A stretch of DNA of 63,899 nucleotides, counting the filler, from Thelocarpon superellum (Eukaryota): NCBI GenBank assembly GCA_026025795.1. It is 7 parts of 7 records of this genome, joined end to end, with 100 filler letters (N's around TTAATTAATTAA, not from the genome) between each part and the next. Parts side by side here need not be neighbours in the genome. Positions count along the whole stretch, not along the records: positions 1 to 9,553 come from JAPEUG010000562.1; positions 9,654 to 19,202 come from JAPEUG010000563.1; 5 more parts are not named here. One strand, 5' to 3'. Positions 1-11,734 of this stretch are shown piece by piece. Made by a program: the position numbers and the translations under genes. The notes below the pieces were generated by a model. That model had not been told where the DNA came from. It did no database searches and saw only the letters and a list, made by a program, of their open reading frames with translations. Position 1 is the stretch's first letter, and each line of letters opens with the position of its first letter.

Positions 1-1659
1 GATCCAAGATTTGGTCCCATAATTCGACCACGCTCTTGAAAATATCCTGGCTTATCATCTTCATGCATTCAATGGCCAGTCCGTCATCGCTCGTCACGTC
101 GGGCGATTCAAACGCGAGATAGAATGGAAGACGGCGCTGGTGCCTGTCAGTGGATCAATCTCCTCGTGCGCTCACGCGTGACGGCTGCCCACCCAACGAG
201 ACTCCCATTCCTGTCGAGCCGCAATGCAAGTGTCCTGGATCGATCCCGAATGTGAAGTCTCGAAGATGAGGATGGCGCTGCCTGGTGATGGTCAGGACAT
301 GAAAAAGCTTGACCAGCCCACGCTCGTTGGACCACCTACCGTTATCCATCGAGTCCACCGATTGCATTCGTCGATGGCCCGGACCCTTCTCCTCTCTGGT
401 GTACGGGTTCTTGATGCTTGGATCCGTCGGGAGATTCGACGCTTCTTCTTTGTATTGGAAACAGACGCCCATGCGTTGCACGTAGATGTCGTGGCCGTAG
501 GAGGGGGTATCTGTGCCAATGATCAGCATTATGCTCTCACTCTGATCCCCCGAGATCTTCATTTCCAGCCTACCTTCTTCGTCATAACGATTCAACTCCA
601 TCAACTTCAGGTCCACATCGGCCGGCGTCGGAGACTGACCCGTCGGGTCGCTGAGATAATGCTTGAGATAGTCGATGCCAAAGGACGATCTCGAGACGGA
701 TCGCCACGGATCGTGTTGCGTCTTCCACGTCTTCCCATTGAGCACGGGCTTGCCCGCCCGCACCGCGGGTTGCTCTTTGCGCACCCACTGGCCAAAGTCC
801 GTGCCAACTAGATTGTCGCGGCTGTCGAGGCCGAATTTGCGCAGGAGGAAACTCGTCGCCCACTGTGCGTTCTGCACGTGACTATCTCACCGTCAGAGGG
901 TCCATCTTTCCAATCGAAAGGGGAGCAAAGAAAAGGAGGCCGTACAACACGCGCAGCACGGCTTCTCGACCTCGTTTGGGCTGTCTCATTATCAACACAA
1001 AGTCTCGCTGGAGAAGAGGTATGATGGGGCAGATATCACCCACATCTGAATAGATTCGGAAGAGCCCCTCCAGGTTGCTGATCTCCTCCGCGGCGACCTT
1101 GCGCATGCCCTCCTTGCTTTCCTCTATCGGTGCATTAGCCGCCGTCGTCCTTCACGCCGAACGACCACCGACCGTGTCGACAGTAATCAATGACCAAGAC
1201 CCGCCCCTGTTTCATGCCCTCCGGGCTGTAGGCGTGGTGCCATGTCAATCCGGGGCTTCTGGCGCGTCGATGCCAAGCTAACTTCGGGGTGAATATCAGG
1301 CGTCGTTGGATAGCCCGTCGATATCATACCTCGTTGCGGGGGCACCCGGAGCCGCGGGCCTTGACCAGACCGCGTGCCATTCGGAGGAGGGTTCGCGGCC
1401 CGGTCGGATGCCGGCGACCGTGGCGGGGCTAGATGGACGAATCGAGAGTCAGACGTGGCATGGCCATGGGTCAGAACGCGAAAGTAGAAGGGGAACACCT
1501 ACCTCGTCGTGACGGAGCTTCATCCACCTGCACGATAGGCGGTGGCGGCGGGGGCGGTGATTGAGCTGACGATCGACGCCCTAGGGGCGACAGCATGCGT
1601 GGCCGATGTCCGGAAGAGCTCCGTCGCGGACGCGGCGGCGGTGGCGAGGATGAGGCCAT
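1..1659 (-). CDS. Multi-exon conserved fungal protein, probably CorA/ZntB-like Mg2+-transporter superfamily; 3' end cut by contig edge
   Basis: ATG at 1659 (MASSSPPPP). About seven GT-AG introns (e.g. GTAGGT at 1502 ..CTAG at 1429) join ORF-track fragments into one frame: ...GRVLVIDYCRHEESKEGMRKVAAEE...AVLRVFHVQNAQWATSFLLRKF...GKTWKTQHDPWRSVSRSSFGIDYL...DNGSAILIFETSHSGSIQDTCIAARQEWESRWRRLPFYL...IFKSVVELWDQILD. The CorA link is recalled from similar fungal proteins; the TM segment would lie outside the window. Confidence 0.65.
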
Positions 1660-2690
1660 GGCCCATCACGCCCTCTCTCCGGCGCCGCACGGAAGACCCA
1701 CGCGTACGCAGGGAGGCTGGACAAGTGCCGGACGATGGGCAGAGTACTGTCAATCGAGCATCTCAAAGGAGAGAGAGGGCACTAGCTAGATGCTCAAGCC
1801 AAACGAAGCCGTATGTGCAAGATCAAAGGGACGTATGTGACAAGGAAGACGGGCCTTCATCTCATCCACCCTCTCAAGCTCGACATCCGAGCCTCCGCCG
1901 ATCGGTCAGCCCTGTCGGTCGGGCGGCCTAACGGCGCGGTCGCAGTCCGCCATCCGCAGCAGCTGAACAAATGGGCGGTGCCCGCCGCAGATGACTAGTG
2001 ACGGGCGACGTGACGGAGCCTGGAACTCTCCCGGGCCTAGTCGTACCGACGTCGAGGCTCCGGAAGCTTAACGGGGCGGCAGCCGAGCGGATTGGTCGCG
2101 GACTGCGGTGGTCGGCGGCGACCCTGGTCCTTGCTCGTCAAGGAGGAAAGGCTGTTACGCTACCGCTACCGGGCACGTGCGCTGACTTGCCCGGACGCGA
2201 GCTCATGATCAAGTGACTTGCGTCCTATCGGGCAGACGGACGAGACGCCGCGGTGCAGACCATTTGGGCACCTCGTGGATCAGAGCGCATCCTGTGCTAG
2301 TGGTATGCCATCTTCGGCATTGTGATTCTGCTTCGATTCTGGGATGAAGAGAGGCACCAAACTATTCACAGGTGAAGAAGTACTCCATCGGAGACAATGA
2401 GAGATTCAAGCAGGACCCCTTCAACCCCAGCGTACACCGAACCGTCCTCCATGGATCCATGCCATCATGAGCCATGAGTGTAAACGCCACGAGGAGAGAG
2501 GCGAGAGGAGAGAGGAGCCGCGTGTTCGCTGGGACTCTTGCTGCGCGCCCCGAGCTCCGTGCCCCGTGCCGTGGTCGCAAATGCACCAACTTCGCCGAAC
2601 GACAGCACTCGTAACATAACGGGACGTCATCGTCATGCCCATGCCCATGCCCTTGCCATTGCCATCATCCTCCGTCCTCATCCATTCCCC

Positions 2691-4275
2691 TCACACACCG
2701 AAATCCATCAGAGGCTTGTGCTTGGGTCGCGGCGGCGTCTGTTGGCTGGCCGCATTCGTCGCCTCCCGGATGGCCTTGCGCCGCGCCTCCTCGTCCATGC
2801 CAAAGACCGGCGTCGACGGGCTCTGCCATCGCTCCGTCCCGCCGCCAAAGCTCTTGTTCTTCTCGCGCAGTTCGCCGAGCGCCCCGGCCGACTTCATCCG
2901 TCGGAGCGGCTTGGGCTGACCGCGTTCCAGTGGCTCCGCCGGCGCGCTCCACCCCGCGCGCCCATGGTCCGCCGACCTCTTGCGGTCGCGGAACTTGCGG
3001 AGCTCGCGGGCGATCTTCTCCAGCGTCGTGCCCGACCGGGGAGCCGCCGGTGGCGGCGGGAGCGGTTTCTCCTTGGACTGCACGCTGCTGCTGGTCGATG
3101 GTCGGTCGTCGCTCTGGAAGCTCACGCCCGAATCGACCTTGCGCCCGTTGCGTCGCTGGTCCTCGGTCGCATCGCCTCCGAGGAACGAGTCAGGGCCCGT
3201 GATGGCGACACATTCGTCGATGACTGCGTTGGCCGCCCGCAGGTACTGGTCCAGCGTCTCGCGTACCATCGGCCATCCCGTCGTGTCCCCGCGTTCGAGC
3301 CGCCGTCCCTGGTGGATGACGTTCTCCAGCACGCTGGGACCGTTGATCCCCACCGCTTGGATATATCGCCAGAAGGTACTCCGTTGCCGTGACAGCACCT
3401 CGGGCGTCAGGGTGCGCGTCGGCTGCGACGTCGTCGCCGGCGGGTAGAGCGTGTTGAGCATCGCGAGACAATTCGACTTGTTGAACGGGAGCAGCGACAT
3501 TTCGTTGATGAGCGTCTGCACAAGCACCGTTAGCCGCTGACCGTGCCACCATCCCACCCGCCCCGGAGTCACCTACCCATTTCCGCAGGTTGAGATAAAC
3601 CTGTGTGTAGAGCGCTTCCACTCGCCGCTCCTTGTCGTCGACCGCCTTGACCCACGCCGAGATGGCCGCGTTGCCGCTGGTCTTCTCCTCGCCATCCTCC
3701 CCAAGGCTGCATCGGTCGATGCCGACCCGGCGCAGGGCCGCGTTGAGCTCGCGCAAGCGCCGGCTCTCCAGGTCCCGGAGGTAGTCCAAGCCCGTCAGAG
3801 CCTGCGGAAAGTCGACCCGCGTAAGGTCTTCGGGAAAGCACCGGCGGACAAAGGACAGGATGAAGCTGGGCGGCAGCGAGCACGGCTGCGATGGGAGGTG
3901 GGCGATCTGGGCCATGAGATTCGACTTGAACTGCGCGGCGGCGAATTGTGCCGCGTCATTGGCCGAGGCCGTGGGGGACTCTGCCTCCTCCGGCGACGAG
4001 GGACGTCGAGACTGCGGACTACGGGACTTGGGGCTGTCCGCCGATCCCGCACGAGAGTGGCTTGGGGGGAGCGGCTGCGCTCGTGGCGACGAATTCAGTG
4101 TGTACATGGTGCGGAGAGGAATCTCGTAGGTGGCGGGATACGTCAGGACATGGTCCAGCATCCACACGTACCCCGACCCCGTGTTGGAGGCCATCGACGT
4201 GGGCGAGGGGGAGTTGCGGGGTGACGTATCATGCGGGGTGATGCTCCGCGGCGAAGGCATAGTGTCCGACATCAC
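2691..4275 (-). CDS. Conserved Pezizomycotina hypothetical protein (2 exons)
   Basis: Exon 1 is 4275-3577, intron 3576-3516 (GTAGGT...GCTAAC...TGCAG), exon 2 is 3515-2691. The splice joins ORFs 3190..4275 and 2691..3572 in frame (LRKW|TLINEMSL). Globular-looking blocks include YEIPLRTMYTLN, QPCSLPPSFILSFVRRCFP, VDFPQALTGLDYLRDLE and NCLAMLNTLYPP. Confidence 0.8.
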
Positions 4276-7043
4276 CGACAGGCTACTCCACCGGGGTGGC
4301 GGCTCATCGAGGGTGGAAAATCGAGGAGGTCCGATCAGGGTGGAGACGAGGGTGAGAGGTGGTGGTATGGTGGTACGCCGGCGTTTGTTGACCCACCAGT
4401 ATTACGAGCAAGGCGGTCGTCGTCACGGCGATAAGCAAACAATGATGCTTGGTGCGGACGAGCAGTTTGCGGTCGGTCGATCGTGATGGTCGCCAACAAT
4501 TAGGGGAGTCCAGCGACGAGCAGAGGGTGATGCTGATGGACAATGATGCCCGGCCGTGCTCAGATGATAGAGGGGAGGCGAAGGGGGTGGGCCGGGCGAG
4601 TAAGAGCAAGGCGTGCGGCCGGGCAGGTCGAGGCGACGGATTACATCGAAGGGGAAGATCGGGATTCATGAGCGTGTGGGCCGAATGACAGGAGATCCCA
4701 CCATGCTCCACGCCACGGGATTTCGGTAGCAGAGGCACGTTCCTGGGTGCAAGTGCCAGGGATATGGGGTCAGGACCGAGGGGCTCCACACTCAGGGTGT
4801 GGTGGGAGAGGCTCCTCAAGGGGATGAGAGGAGCGTGCAGCTAGATCCTGGCCGGGGATCGGGACTGGCGCCGTGACAGGATCACCGACAGACCTGACGG
4901 AACCAACGGACCCGCAGGACGGCGAAGAGGCGAGCAAAGCTAAAATGACCCATTGACCGCGCTCCATTGGGCCCGTGGGCGTACGGGACAGCGGGGGTGC
5001 GGCGCGGTGCGGTGCGTGCGCTGCTGGCCGTCGCCGTCTAGCTAGGGACCAGGACAAGTATATTACTCGTACCAGACTGGTCGCCCGACCCAGCTCCGAC
5101 GATGCCTCGTCGCCGGGAGCGATAGTGCCTTCAGCTCTCCCTGGGAGCTCTCGCCTCGAGCGACGGAGGCAGCCTGGCGCGCCGGGCGGGACGCTTCTCT
5201 TCTGGCGGATGCAGGCTGTACAGTAGCGCGGCACCAGGCTCGGCCGCGGATGGCACACTGGGTCGCCTGGCAAAGCTCCACTGCGGGCTCGCTGCGCTCG
5301 CCTCCAGCCTACCAATGGACCCCGACCACCAGCCTCGGGCGCCAATCACCGACCGGCTGCCTAGACTCGACCCTGCCTTCTCTACCACAGGCGAGAGCGT
5401 GGCGAACCCGAACGGTCTGACAGCAGATCCTTGCGCCCGTTGGCTCCCTCGGCCCAGTTCAACGTCCGCACGCATGCCATCATGATCGTCGCCGTCCTGA
5501 TCTCCGCGGGGCGCTGCCGCTGTCCCCGGGCTCTCGGCGCCGTGGGCGCCCGCTCCAAAGTCCACGATGCGAACGAGTCGGTACGAGGAAACAACTTTTC
5601 GGCGGCCTCGTAGGACGAGTGGTACCGCTACTCCTGCCGGACCCGTACCGGTACCGTTGCAAGAGGTGGGGCGTCGGCCGAGGATCGCGTACTCGTACAT
5701 GCACGCCCGTTCTTGATAATACACTTGGGCAAAGTCTAACGGCGCTCCATGCCGCGGTAGATACTGGGCAAAGGTAATGAAGGAGGTTGACGGTGATGCT
5801 TCATGCTCGCACACGGTGCTTTGGACTGGACAGTGTGTCACCCTGGCGTGATGCGTGCTGGGCCGCGTGCAGCGACGGGTACGGGAATACATGGACAAGC
5901 GACGAGGCCCAGGAGCCGGTCCCTGCAGGAGTCTCTCGACCCTAAAAGTGCTCGACCCGGTCCACCACCCTTGGCCCAGCAGCACCAACGACGAGCAAAC
6001 TTAGGCGGGCGCGGGCGCGGGCGCAGGCACGCGCAGGCTTCGGGACCGCCGCACTGACAGACGAGACACGAGTACGACTACCGGCGGCCGGCGAGGTATG
6101 CCGTACCGTCGGAGAACACCTCGTATCATGCATGGCCTTCCTCTTGCCGGGAGACTACAGCGGCTTCTGCAGGTAGAGCTCTGGCAAAGGGAACTCAGGC
6201 GAGGCCCGGGTGGTGGCCGTGCTTCGCGGCCAGGCCGCACGTGTGATGACGAGGGAGGGATGAGCACCGGAGAATACCGCTCGTAGGTGTGCTCGCATGA
6301 ACGAGATAACGATGCTATCTCTCGTGGTATGAGGGTATGATGGTCGTGCGGACTTGCAGGCTGGGCTGCAGGTTGGGGCGCAGGCTGTGGGTGGCGGTGA
6401 TCGCCGATCATGGTCCTTTTGATTAGAGTTGTGTCACCAGACCCTGGCTGATAGAGAGATAATGGCTGATCCTCCGCCGACGATCTCGCTTCCACCCATG
6501 ACATCTATGGGTGCCACAAGGTGGTCGGTGCCTCGGGGCCACGGGTCCAAGGGGCGATAAACAAATGATTGCCAGTGCCATGCCGCGACCTGGTGATGTT
6601 GCTGTCCCCGGCGCGCATCCGGCCTCTTACCATAGCCGTCGTCATCGAAGGGAGGGTGAGGGGGTGCCCCTCGGACTGCTCCGCCGTCAGCGTGCGCCGG
6701 CGCCCCTGTACGGCCTGTACGGGGCCGGTCGTCTGGCCAGCGGCGTGCTCGAGGGAGGCTACTCGCCGTGCTTGCGCCCGGACACGTTTGGACGATGAGG
6801 TCAGGGGCCATGTCGAACACGACGCCCTTACTCTATGCTAATAGTCTTACCCGAGGAAAAATTGACGGCGCGGCGTAATCACATCCAGTTCCTGAGACCC
6901 CTCCTACGGCTCGTTTCAGGTGGATCCACCGGCCAGGGAGGAGGTGAGATGGTGGGTGACCCTCGTCGGTCTGCGACGCCGGTCCGATCCCTTTCCTAAG
7001 ATCATATCTACAAGTGTCATCCCCGGCTCACTCGCCACCCAAG

Positions 7044-7074
7044 AGGCGAAGGCAAGAGGCAAGAGGCAAGAGGC
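7044..7074 (+). repeat. (GGCAAGA)n heptamer microsatellite
   Basis: ggcgaa-ggcaaga-ggcaaga-ggcaaga-ggc is visible directly. Confidence 0.8.
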
Positions 7075-7340
7075 CGTCCTTGTTTAGACGGTCGACCACC
7101 CCACGTCCCATGCTCTCGGCGCAAGCCGAGCATGGTCGGAGCGACGCTCATCCGGAGCCGAGTGCCATTGGCGCGCCTTGGACCAGGTCCCCTCGCGTCG
7201 CCATCCCGTCCCCTCCAGCATCACGGACGAGTGCTCGGTCCAAGTGTGCAAGTACGAGTCTGGTACCCGGCACTCTCGCGTGCCTTCACGTGGTGGCCCA
7301 AAAGGGCGCGGTCCTCCTTGCACGCGAGACTTCAAAGCTG

Positions 7341-7377
7341 ACCGCCGACCGCCGACCGCCGACCGCCGACCGCCGAC
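7341..7377 (+). repeat. (ACCGCCG)5 heptamer tandem repeat
   Basis: accgccg x5 + ac is visible directly. Confidence 0.9.
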
Positions 7378-7750
7378 TATTGTGGCGACGATCGTGGTAC
7401 GTGCGCAAAACACGGGCCTCGTTCCGCGTCCTCCTTTGACGTAGAACACGACGGACGCCGCGGCGGCGGCTGGTCCTTTACCAAGCATTTTCGTTGTTCT
7501 CGATCGCTCCCCACTGGCGCAAGATCATCATCAAGGCGCGCAGACCGTCACTCGCCGTCTGCTCCTTCCATCTTCCGGTGCTTTGATCGCCATACGGACG
7601 GGCCTCGTCCTGCGACCTTCTCGAAGACTCTTCGCGCCAGCCACCATCGGCCCCCAACTGCGCCCGCGGGGAGAAAAAGTTGGTCGACGGGACTTGGTGT
7701 CTGTCCCGGAGCCGTCCGACTCGTCTGACTCGTCGACTAAGGTCGGCTAA

Positions 7751-7785
7751 GGCATTCCTGGGCATTCCTAGGCATTCCTGGGCAT
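7751..7785 (+). repeat. (GGCATTCCTR)3.5 decamer tandem repeat
   Basis: ggcattcctg ggcattccta ggcattcctg ggcat. Confidence 0.85.
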
Positions 7786-8929
7786 GCCGCCACCACGAGG
7801 CAGACGGGAGACTGGCGTGTCGGGCGCGCGATGGCTTGCAGGGACGATGGCACACCCACGAATCAGGGTGCAGCAAATCTCCCGTCCCCAAGCAAACTCT
7901 CTTCGCCATACCCCTCCACCCCTCGTATTACCAAACCACCCGAGGGCCCGTGGGGCCCAACTACGATCTCCGAGCAGCTAGGCAGGAAAGGGGACCCGGC
8001 TCGCTCGTTTCGCAGCCGGGTGGTTCAAGCTTGACATGTCGCTCGCCGACTTTTCGGTCTACCCACAGACCTACCGGACTGGCTCTTATAAGCTGGTGCT
8101 ACTCGTCCTAGCTAGCCGTGTCTCTGCGCTCTGGGCCCTAGGCCCTGGGCCCTTCTATCACCGGCCCCTCCCCCTCACCTTCCCCCTACATCCGGCTCGC
8201 GTAGTGCTGAATTGCGTGCGAGCGTTCGGATACAAAATTCGGAAGCGAAGCCTCGCCTCATCCATCGGCCGACGGGCCCCGCATAATGGGGAGGGTATTG
8301 CATGAACAGACCACCCACCAGCCGCACTGCAGCACGGCGCAGCAGCAGGCGGGTTCAACCATCCATTGATGGTGTGAACCTCTGGCCCAGTTGAGTCGCG
8401 GGTCGTGGCTCGTGACAGGTTCTCGGCCGGGCAGCCGGGCTCATGCAGAACATCCATCGTAGCTTTGGTAGGTAAGATTCTATCAAGACTATCGAAACCA
8501 ACATTAGCGGCATCTGCCCGTCTGTTCATGCGTGGTGCACCTGCATCGATCTGGCGGCGGGCCCGAAGACCTAAGGATCCCAGGACCCAGGGATGCATTC
8601 AAGGGACACCGGAAAGGTGGTGTCATTCGCGTAGATGTACAGGTGTGTAGTGCAGGAGGGTTGCCTACATGTGGGTGGGGGGGTGGAGATGGGGAAGGGG
8701 AGAAGAGGAGAAGGGAAGAGCGAACAGGGAAAGGATCGGTCTGGAAAGGGACGGAAAGGGTGGGTCATCGTTGGCCCGGGAGTCTTTAATCATTGATTGA
8801 CTAGTTGGTTTTTCCGTCAACCGGATTATCAACGCCCCGCCGCGTCCGTGCCCGTGTTGGTTTCTCGTAGCTACGTGGTATCAGGACAACCATTATTGAA
8901 CGTGCAATCCTTCCATTCCCTGCCATTCC

Positions 8930-8965
8930 ATCTCGTGTCGATCTCGTGTCGATCTCGTGTCGATC
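8930..8965 (+). repeat. (ATCTCGTGTCG)3 11-mer tandem repeat
   Basis: atctcgtgtcg x3 + atc. Confidence 0.85.
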
Positions 8966-9553
8966 CCGATGTCTGGATGTGGGATGGGTCCGCCGTCGAC
9001 TTCGGAGTGGTCCTCGCTGGAGGGGATGTTCAGGCTGCGCTTCACGTGACGTCGCTGTTTGTCCGTGGTAGAAGGAAGGATTCAGCCACACCGTAGGAGG
9101 AGGAGGAGAAGGAGGAGAAGAACCAGGGTCCTTGCTCTCATATCTACGACAGATAAGCAAGCAAGGAAGCACGCGGCTGCGCTAGATGATAATATGTTTA
9201 CAAGTGCTGATTTCTCAATCCTGGCCGTGGGATTGCATGCCCATGCCTTTGAGGTGCAAGCACATCCAACGTGCTAGAGACAGCAGTGATGCGAAACGCA
9301 GGGTTTCTGTATCTGCGCGTGCCTATATCTCTGCTTGTCACTCGAACATATACTAGGATGTCTGCTATGTCATCCAGACCATCCTCGAGGGCAACCCACG
9401 GCGGTGTCCGACCTGGGTCGTCTTGGGGTTGAATCAGCACCTCTCAGGTAGTAATCCACCAATCTCTTCTTTCGAAGATAGCCCAGTCAACAGATCGGAA
9501 GCCGAACTGGACCGTGAAGTTAGATCAGCGCCCTCTCACTGGCGCCTCCGCTA

Positions 9554-9653
9554 NNNNNNNNNNNNNNNNNNNNNNNNNNNNNNNNNNNNNNNNNNNNTTA
9601 ATTAATTAANNNNNNNNNNNNNNNNNNNNNNNNNNNNNNNNNNNNNNNNNNNN
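9554..9653. other. Artificial contig linker (N44-TTAATTAATTAA-N44)
   Basis: 100-nt spacer whose palindromic core gives stops in all six frames; it recurs identically six times. Confidence 0.98.
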
Positions 9654-9962
9654 TGACTTGGCCCGACCTCTTTGTGCAAGAGTGAATGAGATAATCGTCG
9701 CAGACTTACTAATGTCATTCCCTCATACAAACACATTAGTCTAATCCATGCACCGTCTTGCAAGGTCACGATAGTTCCGCAAGTTCAACAACATAGTCGT
9801 CACATTTCCCCGTGATTGGACCTCTCATATGTCATTCACCAGCAATGTGCTCGCACTACTGTGACTCAAGAATACACCCCTCACCCCATTCGCTCTACTC
9901 TGCGCCCTCAAAACCTCTCACTTCAGAAAGATGCGAACCCTTGACCCACAACCAGTTTAATC

Positions 9963-11702
9963 ATGGCGTCCAGCCACCACGAGCTCCCTCGGCTTGAAGG
10001 TACAATGCGTATGAAGGTATTTTCTCGCCCCGTGAAGAGGTCATTGATCTTCTCATGGCATGCCAACCGGTCCTTGTGTGACAGGGTGAAGGCGCATTCG
10101 GTATGGTAGAGGGTACGCGATTTCTGCGAGCCGCTGGAGCTGTTGACGTTTTCGGGCAGAAACATTCTACGACGTCAAATTCTATCCTTACAATGCTGCA
10201 GGAGTGGATCCGGTATTTGCCGTGGTGGGCGACTCCGAGGTACAGCCTAGGCATTCGTTCACTCTGTGATAGTGAGCTGACTGCCCAAGATCCTCATCTG
10301 CCGGCCTCTCGCGCAGGGTCCGAAACCCGTCACTGTCCTTCTCCGGATCAAAGAAGACGACGTGCATATCCGGTCAGCTCCCGTCTCTCCGACCGCTAGC
10401 CTGACACGATCTACGATAGACAAGATCCCGGAACTATTGCTGTGCCTGGACCAAAGACCACAATGGCCGCCCCTTGCTTTGCGTGGCGGGCTGTAATGCG
10501 AAGATCAAGGTACTCGACAGCCTGACAGGACATCTGGTCCGAGTACGAGTCCATCGACCGCTCTTTTCGAGTCAACGCTGACCAGCACATGTCAGACTCT
10601 GGTCGGACATGGAGGGGTAAATTAGGTCGTGGCCCCTTGTCTTCATGGCTACTGATAAATAGTAGGAAATCGATGATCTGGCTATCTCTCCGCTGTCCCC
10701 TTTCATCCTTGCATCGGCGTCGGGCGATCGATCGATCCGCCTGTGGTCTCTTGATCCAAAAGATGAAAAGCAGCCGTGTATGCTTCTTTGCGCTGGCGAG
10801 GGCCACACAGAGACCGTGTTGAGCATCGTGCGCCTCGACTCCATGGAGCGAACTTCGGCGTGGACTGACACAATAAGCAGGCGTTCCATGCTTATGGTCG
10901 ATATCTGCTCTCTGGTGGTATGGATCGTGTCGTCAATATGGTGAGCGTTGGAAACCTGATCTTCTCCACTCTAACAAGCCTGTCGACAGTGGGTGTTGCC
11001 TGAACAGCCACAGGCTGTGGCCGACCGACCTATGATCCTCCATTACCCTCATTTCTCGACATCGGCCATACACTCGGACTACGTTGACTGGTAAGCTGTG
11101 CTACCCTTTTCCATTTCACAGAGGTCTGATGACACAGTGTAATGTTCCATGGAGATCTAATGCTGTCCAAGTGTGCCCGTGAGAGTATGATAGTCCTATG
11201 GCGGATCGAGGGCTTCTCTTCGACAGTGTCCCCACCGGCACCCGACGCAGCCCCCTCAACCTACGAGCCAGCAGACACGCGATCGGCGTTTGGTGGTCGA
11301 TACCAACGTCTCCTGCAGTTTGCCATGCCCAACACTGGCATCTTTTACATGCGCTTCAGCCTGTTTGGGCAGCCGCACCAGCATCCGATCCTGGCCATGG
11401 GTGATGAAAGTGGCAAAGTGTTGATGTGGGACTTGCAAAAGTTGGAGGGAACGTCGGAGATGGCGCAGCGACCTATGGGACGTTCTGGCGCACTGATATC
11501 CGACGTGGAAGTCCCAAGAGATGAAGGCCTCGCCCCGGCAGTCATGTCAAAGGCCACGGACCCGCTAAAGCCATTGCGTGCCCACTGGACCATCGACATA
11601 CCTGACGGGGATTTTTGTGCGCGACAAGCCGCGTGGAGCGTGGGCGGCGAATGGCTGGTGGTGGTCGGAGATGCCAGTACGATTGGCTTGATGCGGAGAT
11701 GA
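9963..11702 (+). CDS. eed: Polycomb PRC2 WD40 subunit EED/ESC (10 exons)
   Basis: Nine GT-AG introns splice into one frame: MASSHHELPRLEGTMRMK|GEGAF|ETFYDVKFYPY...VFAVVG...|NYCCAWTKD...PLLCVAG...|TLVGHGG|EIDDLAISP...ILASASGDRSIRLW...GEGHTETVLSI|AFH...LLSGGMDRVVNM|W...HYPHFSTSAIHSDYVDC|VMFHGDLMLSK...IFYMRFS. These match the EED motifs HRNYVDCV, GDLILSK and WYMRFS. Confidence 0.9.
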
Positions 11703-11734
11703 ATGTGAAGTGACGATATTCGCACGCCAGCTGC

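Noticed and set aside
5131..5988. 285-aa minus-strand ORF in the piece-1 intergenic tract
   Set aside because: Arg/Ser/Gly/Pro-rich with no codon bias, no domain and a non-ATG start; expected by chance at this GC content.
9598..9609. TTAATTAATTAA palindrome recurring every ~9.5 kb as a biological repeat, TE target site or CRISPR-like array
   Set aside because: It is always centred in exactly 44+44 Ns; this is a standard six-frame-stop assembly linker.
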